DNA of 58,858 nt from an uncultured Clostridia bacterium (GTDB taxonomy: Bacteria; Bacillota; Clostridia; UBA1381; CAJOGA01): positions 1 through 58,858 of the forward strand of contig CAJOGA010000013.1 in the NCBI GenBank assembly GCA_905233855.1. Direction: 5' to 3'. Each line of letters starts with the position of its first letter. Position 1 is the first letter of the stretch. Shown here in pieces: positions 18,522 through 29,196 of the stretch. A program made the position numbers and the translations under genes. The notes under the pieces are model-generated. The model was not told where the DNA came from. It searched no databases and saw only the letters and a program-made list of their open reading frames with translations.

Positions 18522-18761
18522 CTATTTAGTTTCTTGTTCTAAATTATCAAAATCCTCTGTAGAGAAAAACTCACCTAATGTTATTTATCTATCACAAAAT
18601 TTTTTGATTGTTCTTATGGAAACATCTCTGCGTAATTTATCCATCATACTATAAGCAGTTGAGGGTGTAACTCCTGAAACATTTGCAAGCTCATTTATTC
18701 GCATATTTCTTTCTGCACATAGTTCATTAAATCTTTTTACTATTACATCTTTAACATCCAT
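18522..18761 (-). pseudogene. XRE-family HTH regulator interrupted by an in-frame TAA
   Basis: MDVKDVIVKRFNELCAERNMRINELANVSGVTPSTAYSMMDKLRRDVSIRTIKKFCDR-TAA(18585-18587)-ITLGEFFSTEDFDNLEQETK. The post-stop peptide ITLGEFF is the usual last helix of HTH_3 domains. RBS is AAGGTG. Confidence 0.7.
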
Positions 18762-18829
18762 TTTAAAACACCTTATAAAGATATTCTAAAATAATTTACA
18801 TTTTTGCGTATTTAGCAAAATTATGATAT

Positions 18830-18997
18830 CCTACGACTATGCGGAATGGATAAATCCATTCCCTACGACTATGCGGAACGGATAAATCCGTTCCCTACAA
18901 CTATGCGGAACGGATAAATCCATTCCCTACAACTATGCGGAATGGATAAATCCATTCCCTACAACTATGCGGAACGGATAAATACGTTCCCTACAAT
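18830..18997 (-). repeat. tandem array of five 32-nt REP-like units (GTAG plus hairpin)
   Basis: The minus-strand unit is GTAGG-GAATGGA-TTTA-TCCATTCC-GCATAGT(T/C). Hairpins lie at 18843-62, 18875-94, 18907-26, 18939-58 and 18971-90. The stem variants T/A and C/G covary. Confidence 0.85.
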
Positions 18998-19078
18998 AAA
19001 GGCTGAACGATTTTATTTCATTCAGCCTTTTAAACTACTTTCCTTTAGAGTACACCTATTATGTTGCAGGGATTTTAA

Positions 19079-20731
19079 TTATTCCGGTTTAAAACTGCTC
19101 TTTAGCGGAGCTGTGCGGTTAAACACGCCGTCGTTTTTGCTGTCTTTAACAAAATATCCTGTACGGACAAATTGAAAACGTTCGTCCGGCGTTGCATCTT
19201 TAAGCGACGGCTCAACAAAGCAATCGGTGTATTCCACCAATGAATCATCGCTCAAAAATTCTTCAAATGTGTCCTCCTCCAAAAGGGTTGCCACATTTTC
19301 TTTATTAAACAAATTGTTATATATTCTTATCTTGCATTTTTCACAGTTCGACGCCGAAAGCCAGTGAATTGTACCTTTTACCTTTCTTCCGTCAACAGGC
19401 TTGTTGTTGCCAGTCTCAAGGTCTACCGTACACATAAGCTGTGTAACATTTCCGTTTTCATCATGCACAACTTCGTTGCATTTTAAGATGTATGCACTCA
19501 TCAAACGCACTTCTTTTCCGGGAGCAAGCCGTATAAAGCCCGGCACAGGTTCCTCCATAAAATCGGAACGGTCGATGTATATTTCTCTTGTGAACGCCAA
19601 CTCACGTTTGCCCCATTCCGGTTTTTTAGGATGGTTCGATGTTTCAAACATTTCGGTTTTGTCTTCCGGATAGTTTGTGATAACAACTTTAAGCGGCTCC
19701 AAAATTGCCACTCTACGCTGTGTTGTTTCGTTAAGCTCCTCGCAAACACAGTATTCCAAATATCTCACGTCCGCAACGCTGTAATTTTTGGAAACACCGT
19801 TTCTTGATATAAAATCCAATATAGCCGTCGGCGTGTAGCCTCTGCGGCGAAGTCCGCAAAGCGTCGGCATTCTTGGGTCGTCCCAACCGTCAACAATTTT
19901 GTTCTCAACAAGCTTACGCAGATACCTCTTGCTCATGACGGTGTATGTCATGTTTAAACGTGCAAATTCGTATTGATGCGGGCTGACCTCAAATCCTACA
20001 TTTTCAACCACCCAGTCGTAAAGCGGTCGATGATTTTCAAACTCTATACTGCACAGCGAATGTGTTATGCCTTCAAGACCGTCCTGTATCGGATGTGCAA
20101 AGTCGTACATAGGATATATGCACCATTTATTCCCGTGTCTGTGATGATTAACATGCAATATTCTGTATATAACAGGGTCTCTCATATTGATATTCGGCGA
20201 TGACATGTCTATCTTTGCACGCAATGTTCTTGAGCCGTCGGCAAATTCGCCGTCTTTCATTCTTTTGAACAAGTCTAAATTTTCTTCAACGCTTCTGTCT
20301 CTGTACGGACTGTTCTTGCCCGGCTGAGTAAGTGTGCCGCGGTATTCGCTCATCTGTTCCTGAGAAAGGTCGCACACATATGCCTTCCCTTCCCTTATAA
20401 GCTTTTGTGCAAACTCATAGCATTTATCAAAATAGTCAGAACCGTAGAATATTCCGCCGGTAGGCTCCATGCCGAGCCATCTTAAATCTTCTTCTATAGA
20501 CTTAACATATTCGTCATCTTCTTTAACCGGATTGGTATCGTCATAACGCAGGTTGAACTTACCGCCGTATTTTTTTGCAGTGCTTGCGTTTATCCATATT
20601 GCCTTTGCACTACCTATATGCAGATACCCGTTAGGTTCCGGAGGAAAACGCGTGTGTATTTCTTTAACTTTGCCCTCTGCCAGATCCTTATCTATCACAT
20701 CATGTATAAAATTAGAATTAGTCTCCCCCAT
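19079..20731 (-). CDS. glnS: glutamine--tRNA ligase
   Basis: HIGH region FPPEPNGYLHIGSAKAI, a class I core and a C-terminal anticodon-binding beta-barrel pattern typical of GlnRS. ATG 20731 is preceded by GGAG. Confidence 0.93.
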   Translation of the reverse strand: MGETNSNFIHDVIDKDLAEGKVKEIHTRFPPEPNGYLHIGSAKAIWINASTAKKYGGKFNLRYDDTNPVKEDDEYVKSIEEDLRWLGMEPTGGIFYGSDYFDKCYEFAQKLIREGKAYVCDLSQEQMSEYRGTLTQPGKNSPYRDRSVEENLDLFKRMKDGEFADGSRTLRAKIDMSSPNINMRDPVIYRILHVNHHRHGNKWCIYPMYDFAHPIQDGLEGITHSLCSIEFENHRPLYDWVVENVGFEVSPHQYEFARLNMTYTVMSKRYLRKLVENKIVDGWDDPRMPTLCGLRRRGYTPTAILDFISRNGVSKNYSVADVRYLEYCVCEELNETTQRRVAILEPLKVVITNYPEDKTEMFETSNHPKKPEWGKRELAFTREIYIDRSDFMEEPVPGFIRLAPGKEVRLMSAYILKCNEVVHDENGNVTQLMCTVDLETGNNKPVDGRKVKGTIHWLSASNCEKCKIRIYNNLFNKENVATLLEEDTFEEFLSDDSLVEYTDCFVEPSLKDATPDERFQFVRTGYFVKDSKNDGVFNRTAPLKSSFKPE

Positions 20732-20764
20732 AACAATCTCCATTCCGCTACTGAAATAATTAAT

Positions 20765-22210
20765 TTACGATAATTTATCTATAGCCATTTTTAATCTTTT
20801 TATCGTTTCGTCTTTGCCGAACAGGTCTGCCAGCTCAACTCCACCGCCCGGAGTTGATAATTTGCCCGACAACGCCACACGCAACGGATACAAAACCTGA
20901 CCGTTTTTCATGCCAAGCTGTTCAACCAAAGCCATCATTTTATCGTGCAGCTCTTCCATACACCAATTTTCCACGCCCTCAAGCACCGGCAGAATTGCCT
21001 GCAAAACAGGAAGCGATGTTTCAGGTGTCGTTTTCATCTTTTTATTCACATACAGTTCGTTATCGTATTCCGGCATAGTCTCCATAAAATCTATCTTTTC
21101 CAATATGTCCGGGAACACTTCTGTTCTGCCCTGCAGTAAAGTATTAAGCTTATTATAGTCTATTTTTGCGGTTTTAAGGACGCTGTCGTAATACGGCTTT
21201 GCGTATTTGCCAAACTCATCCGGCGAAAGGGCACGGATATATTCAGAATTCATCCAGCGTAATTTCTTCTCGTCAAACACAGCAGGCGACTTACTGATAC
21301 CCTTAACATCAAATTCCTGTATAAGTTCGTCGAGCGTGAAAATTTCCTGTTCGGCTCCCGGGCTCCAACCTAACAGAGCAACATAGTTTATCAACGCATC
21401 CTTTAAAAATCCGCTCTTTATAAAATCTTCATACGACGCGTCGCCATCACGCTTTGACAGCTTATGCTGTGCATCACGCATAACAGGAGAAACGTGGATG
21501 TAAGTAGGAATTTCCCAACCGAATGCCTCATACAACAAATTATATTTAGGCGTAGACGACAGATACTCGCTTCCGCGTATAACATGTGTTATATTCATTA
21601 AATGGTCGTCCACAACGTTTGCAAAGTTATATGTCGGCAGCCCGTCAGACTTAAGCAAGACATTGTCGTCCAAAATGCTGTTTTCAACGGTAATCTCGCC
21701 AAACACCTCGTCTTTGAATGTGGTAACTCCCGTTTCAGGTATATTCTGACGAATAACATACGGCACGCCGGCATCAAGCTTTTGCTGTATCTCCTCCTTG
21801 GAAAGATGCAGGCAATGCTTGTCATACTTACCTCCCACACCGGAACCGTCAGATGCGTGCAGTGAATCCAAACGTTCTTTATCACAAAAACAATAATATG
21901 CCGCTCCCATGTCCACAAGCTTTTGTGCATACTCTTTATATATTTCCCGTCTTTCACTTTGGATATACGGGCCGTAACCGCCGTCCTTATCCGGCCCTTC
22001 ATCGTGTATAAGACCGGTTTCCGCCAATGTACGGTATATCAAATCCACAGCACCTTCAACGTAACGCTGTTGGTCTGTGTCTTCTATTCTTAAAACAAAA
22101 CTGCCGTTATTCTTTTTTGCCAGCAAATACGCATATAATGCCGTTCGCAAATTGCCTATATGCATATATCCCGTAGGGCTTGGGGCAAAACGTGTACGTA
22201 CTGTCGCCAT
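20765..22210 (-). CDS. gltX: glutamate--tRNA ligase
   Basis: [23 protein letters not shown] (HIGH) and KLSKRDG (KMSKS). Confidence 0.95.
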   Translation of the reverse strand: MATVRTRFAPSPTGYMHIGNLRTALYAYLLAKKNNGSFVLRIEDTDQQRYVEGAVDLIYRTLAETGLIHDEGPDKDGGYGPYIQSERREIYKEYAQKLVDMGAAYYCFCDKERLDSLHASDGSGVGGKYDKHCLHLSKEEIQQKLDAGVPYVIRQNIPETGVTTFKDEVFGEITVENSILDDNVLLKSDGLPTYNFANVVDDHLMNITHVIRGSEYLSSTPKYNLLYEAFGWEIPTYIHVSPVMRDAQHKLSKRDGDASYEDFIKSGFLKDALINYVALLGWSPGAEQEIFTLDELIQEFDVKGISKSPAVFDEKKLRWMNSEYIRALSPDEFGKYAKPYYDSVLKTAKIDYNKLNTLLQGRTEVFPDILEKIDFMETMPEYDNELYVNKKMKTTPETSLPVLQAILPVLEGVENWCMEELHDKMMALVEQLGMKNGQVLYPLRVALSGKLSTPGGGVELADLFGKDETIKRLKMAIDKLS

Positions 22211-22301
22211 TTTAACATTCCTTTCAATAAGCACAGAATAATCCCATGCACATTTTTCCTGATTATATATGACCTATTATATATGACATAGTCTGTTTTT
22301 G

Positions 22302-22919
22302 TCAATACATCAAGCGTTTTATTTCACTCACCGCATCTTTATATTCTTCATACGTCATAACGCGGTTTAAATACTTTATAAGCATATTGACGGATATTTT
22401 CCCCGGCAGGTTAAGGCTTTGTGCAAAAGCTTTACGCAAGGACGAAGAATCGTCTCTGCCCCAAAGCCCGTCCTCAAACAAATCCTGTTTGGATATTTTG
22501 CCGCTGTCAGGCAAATCGTCTCGCTTGCAGCCGGCTTTTTCCAACGCCTCAACTATAACGCCGGCATCCATACCCTCAACACCCAAAAGTCCTTCCGCTC
22601 CGGAATGGTCTTTACGCTTTTCCTTCCCATATATTTCCGGTATGTAAGCGTGTTTGATCTTACTCTCCGGCACACCCAAACTTAACAAACGCTGATTTAT
22701 GTGATAGCGTATTTTAAGACCGGCGGAATCGGAATCTGTCATTATGATGACGCCGTCGTTTTGTGCTATTGTTTTTATGGCCTGCATTTGTTCGTCATTT
22801 TTAAACACCGCAAAGCCAAAGGTTTGTATTATATATGCATCAATAACCGACTCAAGCTTTATCTTGTCATACCTGCCTTCGACGATTATTGCCTCTTTTA
22901 TTTTTGTTTTATCCATCAT
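22302..22919 (-). CDS. rnmV: ribonuclease M5-like Toprim domain protein
   Basis: EAIIVEGRYDKIKL...VIIMTDSDSAGLKIR is a Toprim signature. Start ATG 22919 follows GGGGG. Confidence 0.75.
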   Translation of the reverse strand: MMDKTKIKEAIIVEGRYDKIKLESVIDAYIIQTFGFAVFKNDEQMQAIKTIAQNDGVIIMTDSDSAGLKIRYHINQRLLSLGVPESKIKHAYIPEIYGKEKRKDHSGAEGLLGVEGMDAGVIVEALEKAGCKRDDLPDSGKISKQDLFEDGLWGRDDSSSLRKAFAQSLNLPGKISVNMLIKYLNRVMTYEEYKDAVSEIKRLMY

Positions 22920-23154
22920 AAACCCCCGCAATCTTAAGTTTAAGTTTAACATATACAACGTTCGGTTGCAAAGGTTTGTTAAAATTTTTCACCGTTTTGA
23001 CGAAATAATGAAAAATTTTTGAAAAAACATTGCATTTTTTTATTTAATTACTATTGTAAATCAAATAAGATTACTATATAATATATGAGTAATTTTATGG
23101 ATTTTTTTGACATAATGTCAATTTATCATCTATATTTTGAAAGGAATGTATCTG

Positions 23155-24153
23155 ATGAATTTTTTAGAAAGTATCAAAGAAAGAGCTAAGCAAGACAAAA
23201 AGACAATAGTTCTTGCGGAGGGCGAAGAAATCCGTACTGTCAAAGCTGCGGACATCATCTTAAGAGAAGGCATAGCAAACGTTATTTTGTTGGGCAACAA
23301 AGACAAAATAGCAGAAATCTCCAAAGGCTTGGATATTTCAAAAGCAACAATCATAGACCCTGTAAAAAGCGACAAGCTTGAAGAGTTTGCTCAAAAGTTC
23401 TATGAGATGAGAAAGAACAAGGGCGTTACTCCTGAACAGGCATTGGAAACAATGAAGAGTGTTTTGTATTACGGTGTTATGATGGTTAAAGAAAATCTGG
23501 CTGACGGCATGGTAGCCGGTGCTGTTAACGCAACGTCAAACGTTTTGAGACCGTGCCTGCAGATATTAAAAACCGCTCCGGGTACAAAACTTGTTTCGGC
23601 ATTTTTTGTTATGGTTGTGCCTAACTGCGAATACGGTGAAAACGGCATATTCATATATGCAGATGCAGGTCTTAACGAAAATCCTGATGCAGACGCTGTA
23701 AGCGAAATTGCCATTTCTTCGGCTAAATCGTTTAAAGACCTTATTCAGGCAGACCCAAGAATTGCAATGCTTTCATATTCGACTTACGGCAGTGCAAAGA
23801 GTGAGCTTGTTGAAAAAATGCAGCTGGCAACAAAACTTGCCAAAGAAAAACGTCCTGACTTAGATCTTGACGGCGAATTGCAGGCAGATGCCGCTATTGT
23901 TCCCGCTATAGGCAAATCAAAAGCTCCGGGCAGCAAAATTGCCGGCACAGCAAACGTGCTTGTGTTCCCTGATCTTAACTGCGGTAACATAGCATACAAA
24001 CTTACCGAACGTCTGGCAAAAGCAGAAGCTTACGGCCCTATCACACAGGGTATAGCTAAACCGGTTAACGACCTTTCAAGAGGATGTACTGCCGAAGATA
24101 TCGTAGGTGTTTGTGCTATCACATGCGTTCAGTCGCAAATGCAACAAAAATAA
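23155..24153 (+). CDS. pta: phosphate acetyltransferase
   Basis: [25 protein letters not shown]...[17 protein letters not shown], typical Pta. Confidence 0.93.
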   Translation: MNFLESIKERAKQDKKTIVLAEGEEIRTVKAADIILREGIANVILLGNKDKIAEISKGLDISKATIIDPVKSDKLEEFAQKFYEMRKNKGVTPEQALETMKSVLYYGVMMVKENLADGMVAGAVNATSNVLRPCLQILKTAPGTKLVSAFFVMVVPNCEYGENGIFIYADAGLNENPDADAVSEIAISSAKSFKDLIQADPRIAMLSYSTYGSAKSELVEKMQLATKLAKEKRPDLDLDGELQADAAIVPAIGKSKAPGSKIAGTANVLVFPDLNCGNIAYKLTERLAKAEAYGPITQGIAKPVNDLSRGCTAEDIVGVCAITCVQSQMQQK

Positions 24154-24187
24154 TAAAAAATACAAACGAAAGGTGTGCTTTAAGTTA

Positions 24188-25381
24188 ATGAAAATTTTGG
24201 TTATTAACGCAGGAAGCTCTTCGTTAAAATATCAGCTTATTGATATGGACACACACGAAGTTATGGCTAAGGGCTTATGCGAAAGAATAGGCATAGACGG
24301 TTCACGTCTTGTGCATAAATACGGCGATGACCAAAAAGTTACCATCGAAAAGCCTATGAAAAACCATGCAGAAGCTATACAGATGGTTATAGATGCTCTT
24401 GTTAACCCTGAATACGGCGTTATCAAATCAATGGATGAAATAGGTGCTGTGGGACACAGAGTTGTTCACGGCGGCGAATTCTTCTCTAAATCGGTTATAA
24501 TAGATGAAGGCGTTAAAAAGGCTATTGAAGCGTGCAACGACCTTGCACCGCTTCATAATCCGCCAAACCTTATCGGCATAAACGCTTGCGAAAGCATTAT
24601 GCCTAACGTTAAACAGGTTGCTGTGTTTGACACGGCATTCCATCAGACAATGCCTCCTAAAGCGTACATGTATGCTTTGCCGTATGAGTATTATGAAAAA
24701 TACAAAATAAGAAAATACGGTTTCCACGGCACAAGCCATAAGTATGTGTCTATGAAAGCGGCTGAATATCTTGGAAAAGATATAAAAGACCTCAAAATCA
24801 TCACATGCCATTTGGGCAACGGTTCATCCATAACAGCTGTTGACGGCGGTAAGTCGGTTGACACCTCGATGGGCTTTACCCCTCTTGCAGGCGTACCGAT
24901 GGGTACAAGAACAGGTCTTATCGACCCTGCCATCATTCCGTATATCATGGAAAAGGAAAACATGGACACCAAGCAGATAAACAACCTTATAAACAAAAAA
25001 TCAGGCGTGCTGGGCGTGTCCGGCGTAAGCAGCGACTTCAGAGATTTGTCCGATAAATCCGAAGAAGGCGACGAAAAGTCTAAATTGGCTTTGGAAATGT
25101 TCGGCTACGGCGTTAAACGCTATATCGGCACTTATGCCGCTGCAATGGGCGGTGTGGACGTTATCGTATTCACAGCAGGCGTTGGTGAAAATGACAATGT
25201 TTTAAGAGAATACATCACCAAAGACATGGATTTCATGGGCATTAAGATAGATCCTGCGAAGAATAACGTTCGCGGCACTGTTGACATCACCGCTCCGGAT
25301 TCCAAGGTTAAAGTTTTGGTTATTCCTACAAACGAAGAACTTATGATAGCAGAAGACACCAAAAAGCTTGTTGAGGGTTAA
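24188..25381 (+). CDS. ackA: acetate kinase
   Basis: [25 protein letters not shown] and FHGTSH motifs. Confidence 0.96.
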   Translation: MKILVINAGSSSLKYQLIDMDTHEVMAKGLCERIGIDGSRLVHKYGDDQKVTIEKPMKNHAEAIQMVIDALVNPEYGVIKSMDEIGAVGHRVVHGGEFFSKSVIIDEGVKKAIEACNDLAPLHNPPNLIGINACESIMPNVKQVAVFDTAFHQTMPPKAYMYALPYEYYEKYKIRKYGFHGTSHKYVSMKAAEYLGKDIKDLKIITCHLGNGSSITAVDGGKSVDTSMGFTPLAGVPMGTRTGLIDPAIIPYIMEKENMDTKQINNLINKKSGVLGVSGVSSDFRDLSDKSEEGDEKSKLALEMFGYGVKRYIGTYAAAMGGVDVIVFTAGVGENDNVLREYITKDMDFMGIKIDPAKNNVRGTVDITAPDSKVKVLVIPTNEELMIAEDTKKLVEG

Positions 25382-25429
25382 GCATATTTATTGAATTATT
25401 CCGTCCGTTCACGAAAGGGTAAAGACATA

Positions 25430-25798
25430 ATGGAAATTGAAGATACAAGAGTTATGTTCGGCCGACGTTTGCGTCAGTTAAGGGCAGAAGTTGCCATGAC
25501 TCAAACCGAGCTCGCCAAACGGCTGGGTGTAACGCGTGCATGCATTGCAAATTGGGAGTCTGCCACAAGAGAGCCTGATACCATTTATCTTAATAAACTG
25601 TCCGTCATTTTTGATGTATCGATAGATTATATGCTCGGCAGAACCGATATACGTAATTACCTCCAGCGTTTAAACCGTATGTCGTCAAGCTCGAATTGTG
25701 AATACATTTTGGATATAAGCTCATTAAACCCAAAAAACAAACGTGCATTGACAAGCTATTACACATTTTTAAAGAAAAAACAGTTTCTTGAAAAATAA
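25430..25798 (+). CDS. XRE-family helix-turn-helix transcriptional regulator
   Basis: FGRRLRQLRAEVAMTQTELAKRLGVTRACIANWESATREPD is an HTH_3 pattern. Confidence 0.8.
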   Translation: MEIEDTRVMFGRRLRQLRAEVAMTQTELAKRLGVTRACIANWESATREPDTIYLNKLSVIFDVSIDYMLGRTDIRNYLQRLNRMSSSSNCEYILDISSLNPKNKRALTSYYTFLKKKQFLEK

Positions 25799-25806
25799 CA
25801 AATTAT

Positions 25807-25846
25807 AAAAAGCGGCTGCAGTGAAGCACACTGTAGCCGCTTTTTG
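25807..25846. terminator. intrinsic terminator between convergent genes
   Basis: AAAAAGCGGCTGCAGTG-AAGCA-CACTGTAGCCGCTTTTTG. Confidence 0.8.
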
Positions 25847-25847
25847 A

Positions 25848-27005
25848 TTATTGTAACAACATTTCTATCGCTTTTTGTAATTGTACATCATCTTTAGAAT
25901 CAGGCTGTATTGCCGTTATCTCCATCTGAACCTCAACATCAGGCTGTATGCCTATGCCATGTATACAAACGCCCGACGGTGTGAAATATTTATCCGTCGT
26001 TACCGACATGCCTGAACCGTCGCTCAGTTTAAACACCGACTGCACAATACCTTTACCGTATGACGTTTCTCCAACCACAACCGCACGTTTGTTATCCTTC
26101 AAAGCACCCGTAAGCACCTCTGATGCCGATGCACTGCCTTGATTTATCAACACAGCAACAGGGCAATCTATCATTTCTGCATCGGAACGCTGATACACTT
26201 TCTCGCCCTTTTTATTTTCAGTATATGTTATAACGCTCTCACCAAGCAGACTGTCTGCAATCTTGCAGACAACATCAAAATCTCCTCCGGGATTATTTCG
26301 CAGGTCTATAACAAGCTTTGACATACCGCTTTTCTGCAAGGATTTGACGTTTTCTTCAAATTCCTCATCTGTGTCTTCATCGAAGCTGGTTATCTTCAAA
26401 TACCCCACTCCGTCATCTAACATGTGCGAAGTTACCGACTTAACATGTATAACTTCCCTTGTCATTGTAACATCAAAATCTGCCATGCCTTCGCGACGTA
26501 TAGTTACAACAACATCTGTTCCTTCGGGATTTTTCAAATCCTGTCCCTTCATCAGATACACAGCTCTGTCAAGATTACCGTTTAAGTCTTCGCCGTCCAC
26601 CTTGATTATCTTATCGCCTGTGAGCATGCCCGCACGGTATGCCGGCGTATCTTCATACGGTGCTACAACCGTAACGTAGCCGTCATTATCAAGCGTTACA
26701 ACAACACCCAAACCCACAAAATTACCTTGTACGTCTTCTAAATATCTTTTAAAATCTTCTTTATTGTAATAGTTGGTGTACGGGTCATTTGTCAATTCCA
26801 ATATGCCTGAAATCGCCCCGTCCGTCATAGCTTCACGGTCCGGAACATCGCCGTTATATGTGTAGGAGAAAACCGTCATTGCCTCTTTCATCTTAACGTT
26901 GTCAAGCACCTGCAACGACCCGTTCAGCACATTTGTGAGCGTAAACGTTATAACTGCCGTTATAACAACCGCAATTGTAATTTTTAATTTGTTGTTCAAA
27001 CACAC
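25848..27005 (-). CDS. S41 family C-terminal processing peptidase
   Basis: PDZ segment GDKIIKVDGEDL, catalytic region INQGSASASEVLTGALKD and an N-terminal anchor. Confidence 0.88.
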   Translation of the reverse strand: MCLNNKLKITIAVVITAVITFTLTNVLNGSLQVLDNVKMKEAMTVFSYTYNGDVPDREAMTDGAISGILELTNDPYTNYYNKEDFKRYLEDVQGNFVGLGVVVTLDNDGYVTVVAPYEDTPAYRAGMLTGDKIIKVDGEDLNGNLDRAVYLMKGQDLKNPEGTDVVVTIRREGMADFDVTMTREVIHVKSVTSHMLDDGVGYLKITSFDEDTDEEFEENVKSLQKSGMSKLVIDLRNNPGGDFDVVCKIADSLLGESVITYTENKKGEKVYQRSDAEMIDCPVAVLINQGSASASEVLTGALKDNKRAVVVGETSYGKGIVQSVFKLSDGSGMSVTTDKYFTPSGVCIHGIGIQPDVEVQMEITAIQPDSKDDVQLQKAIEMLLQ

Positions 27006-27109
27006 ACAGTCCTTTCATGTTGCTGTAAATTTGGGGCGATGAAAACATTACATTTTAAAACATCGCCCCAAAAACTATTATATTATTTTTTAAATCATGT
27101 ATTCACACA

Positions 27110-28288
27110 TCATTTGAAATAGTTCATAGGATTAACTCTGGAGCCGTTCACACTAACTTCAAAATGCAGATGCGGTCCCGTGGCATACCCCGTTGAACCA
27201 ACCAACGCTATTGTTTGACCTCTCTTTACCGTATCGCCCTTTTTCACAAGCAATTTTGAACTGTGTGCATACAAGGTTGTGATGCCCGACCCATGGCTTA
27301 TAACCACATAATTGCCATAGCTTGAGCTGTATGTAGCGGTGATAACGACACCGTCTGCCGCAGCTAAAATATTAGTTCCCGAAGCGGCACCAATGTCTAT
27401 TCCCGAATGATACTTGACTGTTTTAAAGATAGGATGCACCCTGTTTCCGTACGGCGACGTTATCCTTGTAGATGCCTGGGACGGCCATAAAAACGTTCCG
27501 CCAGTGTATTTTGTGTTTACATTAGGTGCAGCTTTAAGTGCCGCATTAAGCTCTGCCTGAGCATCATTCATCTTTTTCAGGGCTTCATCGTATGATTTTT
27601 CAAGTTCTTTAATGTCGCCCTGAAGCTTATCCATAATGCTCTTTTGTTCTGCCTGCTTTTGCTCGGCTTTACGCTGTGTGGTTTTGAGCATATCCCTGAC
27701 TTCTTCCTGCTCTTTCTGTTCCTCCTCAATAACCTGCTTTGCCTCGGTTATTTTTTGGATATTTTCCACCAGCTCGTCAATCATGTTATTGTCATAACGC
27801 ACTATATCCTGTGTTACGGCAATTCTCGTCAACAAATCGCCGAAGCCCTTTGACGACATCAATATATCAAGATAACTTGCACTGCCCTGCTCATACATTA
27901 TTCGCAGACGCTGTTTTAACAAGTCTTTTTTAGCGTCTATTTTTTCATTAACCTCGTCAATTTCCTTTTCTTTTTGTTTTATCAAGCTTTCCTTTTCGTC
28001 TATTACGTCGTTAATGGCGTCTATATCCTCGTTGATATCGTTCAATTCTTTGTCTATCTGTTTTTTCAAGTCCATAGACTGCTGCTTTTCATTTTCTTTT
28101 TGTTTTATCTGCTTGTTTATATCTTCTCTGGCTTTTTGTGCGTCTTCAATTTCCTTTTTTAATTGGTCGGCCGACTTTGCGGCATACACAATTTGTTCTT
28201 CATGTTTGGGAAATTCTATGCAAGAAGCAGAAAATGCAACGGCTGATATCAGCATTACCGATACCGCCTTTTTAAAATAATAATTCAT
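27110..28288 (-). CDS. M23 family metallopeptidase with long coiled-coil (EnvC-like)
   Basis: A Lys/Glu-rich coiled-coil of about 200 aa, then HSGIDIGA...GPHLHFEV, the M23 motifs. Confidence 0.88.
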   Translation of the reverse strand: MNYYFKKAVSVMLISAVAFSASCIEFPKHEEQIVYAAKSADQLKKEIEDAQKAREDINKQIKQKENEKQQSMDLKKQIDKELNDINEDIDAINDVIDEKESLIKQKEKEIDEVNEKIDAKKDLLKQRLRIMYEQGSASYLDILMSSKGFGDLLTRIAVTQDIVRYDNNMIDELVENIQKITEAKQVIEEEQKEQEEVRDMLKTTQRKAEQKQAEQKSIMDKLQGDIKELEKSYDEALKKMNDAQAELNAALKAAPNVNTKYTGGTFLWPSQASTRITSPYGNRVHPIFKTVKYHSGIDIGAASGTNILAAADGVVITATYSSSYGNYVVISHGSGITTLYAHSSKLLVKKGDTVKRGQTIALVGSTGYATGPHLHFEVSVNGSRVNPMNYFK

Positions 28289-28308
28289 CACAAACACATC
28301 CGATCTTT

Positions 28309-29196
28309 CTAAACATGCAAATGCTTTCTAACCGATATAGAGCTGCCCAATGCACCGATACCGATTCCCATAGCCAAAAATATCAAAGCCATAGGGAGCG
28401 ACATATTCTTAAGCGGCAACAACTCAAAAAAGTTCAAATTATTTTTAACAAGTGCGTTTATACACGCAACATACGCCCAAGATATCAAACCATACGCAAT
28501 CAATGCACCGACAAAACCTATCGTCATGCCTTCAAAAAAGAACGGCATGCGTATGAACCTGTTGGTTGCACCTATATATTTCATAATATTAATTTCCTTG
28601 CGTCGATTAAACACGGTGATTTTTATTGTGTTTGAAATCAACGCAACCGAAATAATAATAAGCATCAGCATTATCCATAAACTTGCGTTTTTTGTTATGT
28701 TGCTGACGGACAACACCGCATCTATGGTTTCCTGCTCGTTTTTTACTTCCGCAACGTTCGGTATCTGTTTTAGTGCCGATACCGTAGCGGCAACCTGTGA
28801 AATATCGTCTAATGTTATTTTATATGAATCTCTGAACGGGTTGTCGTCTTCAAAGCCGACAAGTGCCGACTCCTTGCCTTCAAACATCTCTGTCTTAACA
28901 TACTCCAAAGTGTCTTTTTTTGAAAACAACTCGGCAGACTGCACGTTAGCGACAGCTTTTATTTCATCCTGCATCTGTGCAACACGCCCTTCGTCCGTAC
29001 CGTCTTCTATAAACACCTGTATTTCACACTGGTTTTGCAAACGGTCTGACATATAACGGACATTAAACAATAAAACCGTAAAAATTCCCACTATAAACAA
29101 ACATCCGACAACCGTAAACACAGCCGCCGTTGTCATTAATCCATTTCTGAAAAAGCTTCTTAATGCTTGTGAGATGAAATATTTTATATCACGCAT
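28309..29196 (-). CDS. ftsX: cell division permease FtsX
   Basis: Four TM segments, an extracellular loop domain and IMKYIGATNRFIRMPFFFEG. It overlaps the ftsE stop. Confidence 0.9.
   Translation of the reverse strand: MRDIKYFISQALRSFFRNGLMTTAAVFTVVGCLFIVGIFTVLLFNVRYMSDRLQNQCEIQVFIEDGTDEGRVAQMQDEIKAVANVQSAELFSKKDTLEYVKTEMFEGKESALVGFEDDNPFRDSYKITLDDISQVAATVSALKQIPNVAEVKNEQETIDAVLSVSNITKNASLWIMLMLIIISVALISNTIKITVFNRRKEINIMKYIGATNRFIRMPFFFEGMTIGFVGALIAYGLISWAYVACINALVKNNLNFFELLPLKNMSLPMALIFLAMGIGIGALGSSISVRKHLHV

Noticed and set aside
18830-18997. A regularly spaced 32-nt repeat array that at first glance resembles a small CRISPR array.
   Set aside because: The 12-nt intervals between hairpins are constant (CTAC[GA]ACTATGC), not unique spacers. 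The period is only 32 nt, and no cas genes are nearby. The GTAG-plus-hairpin layout next to a RAYT gene fits REP elements instead.
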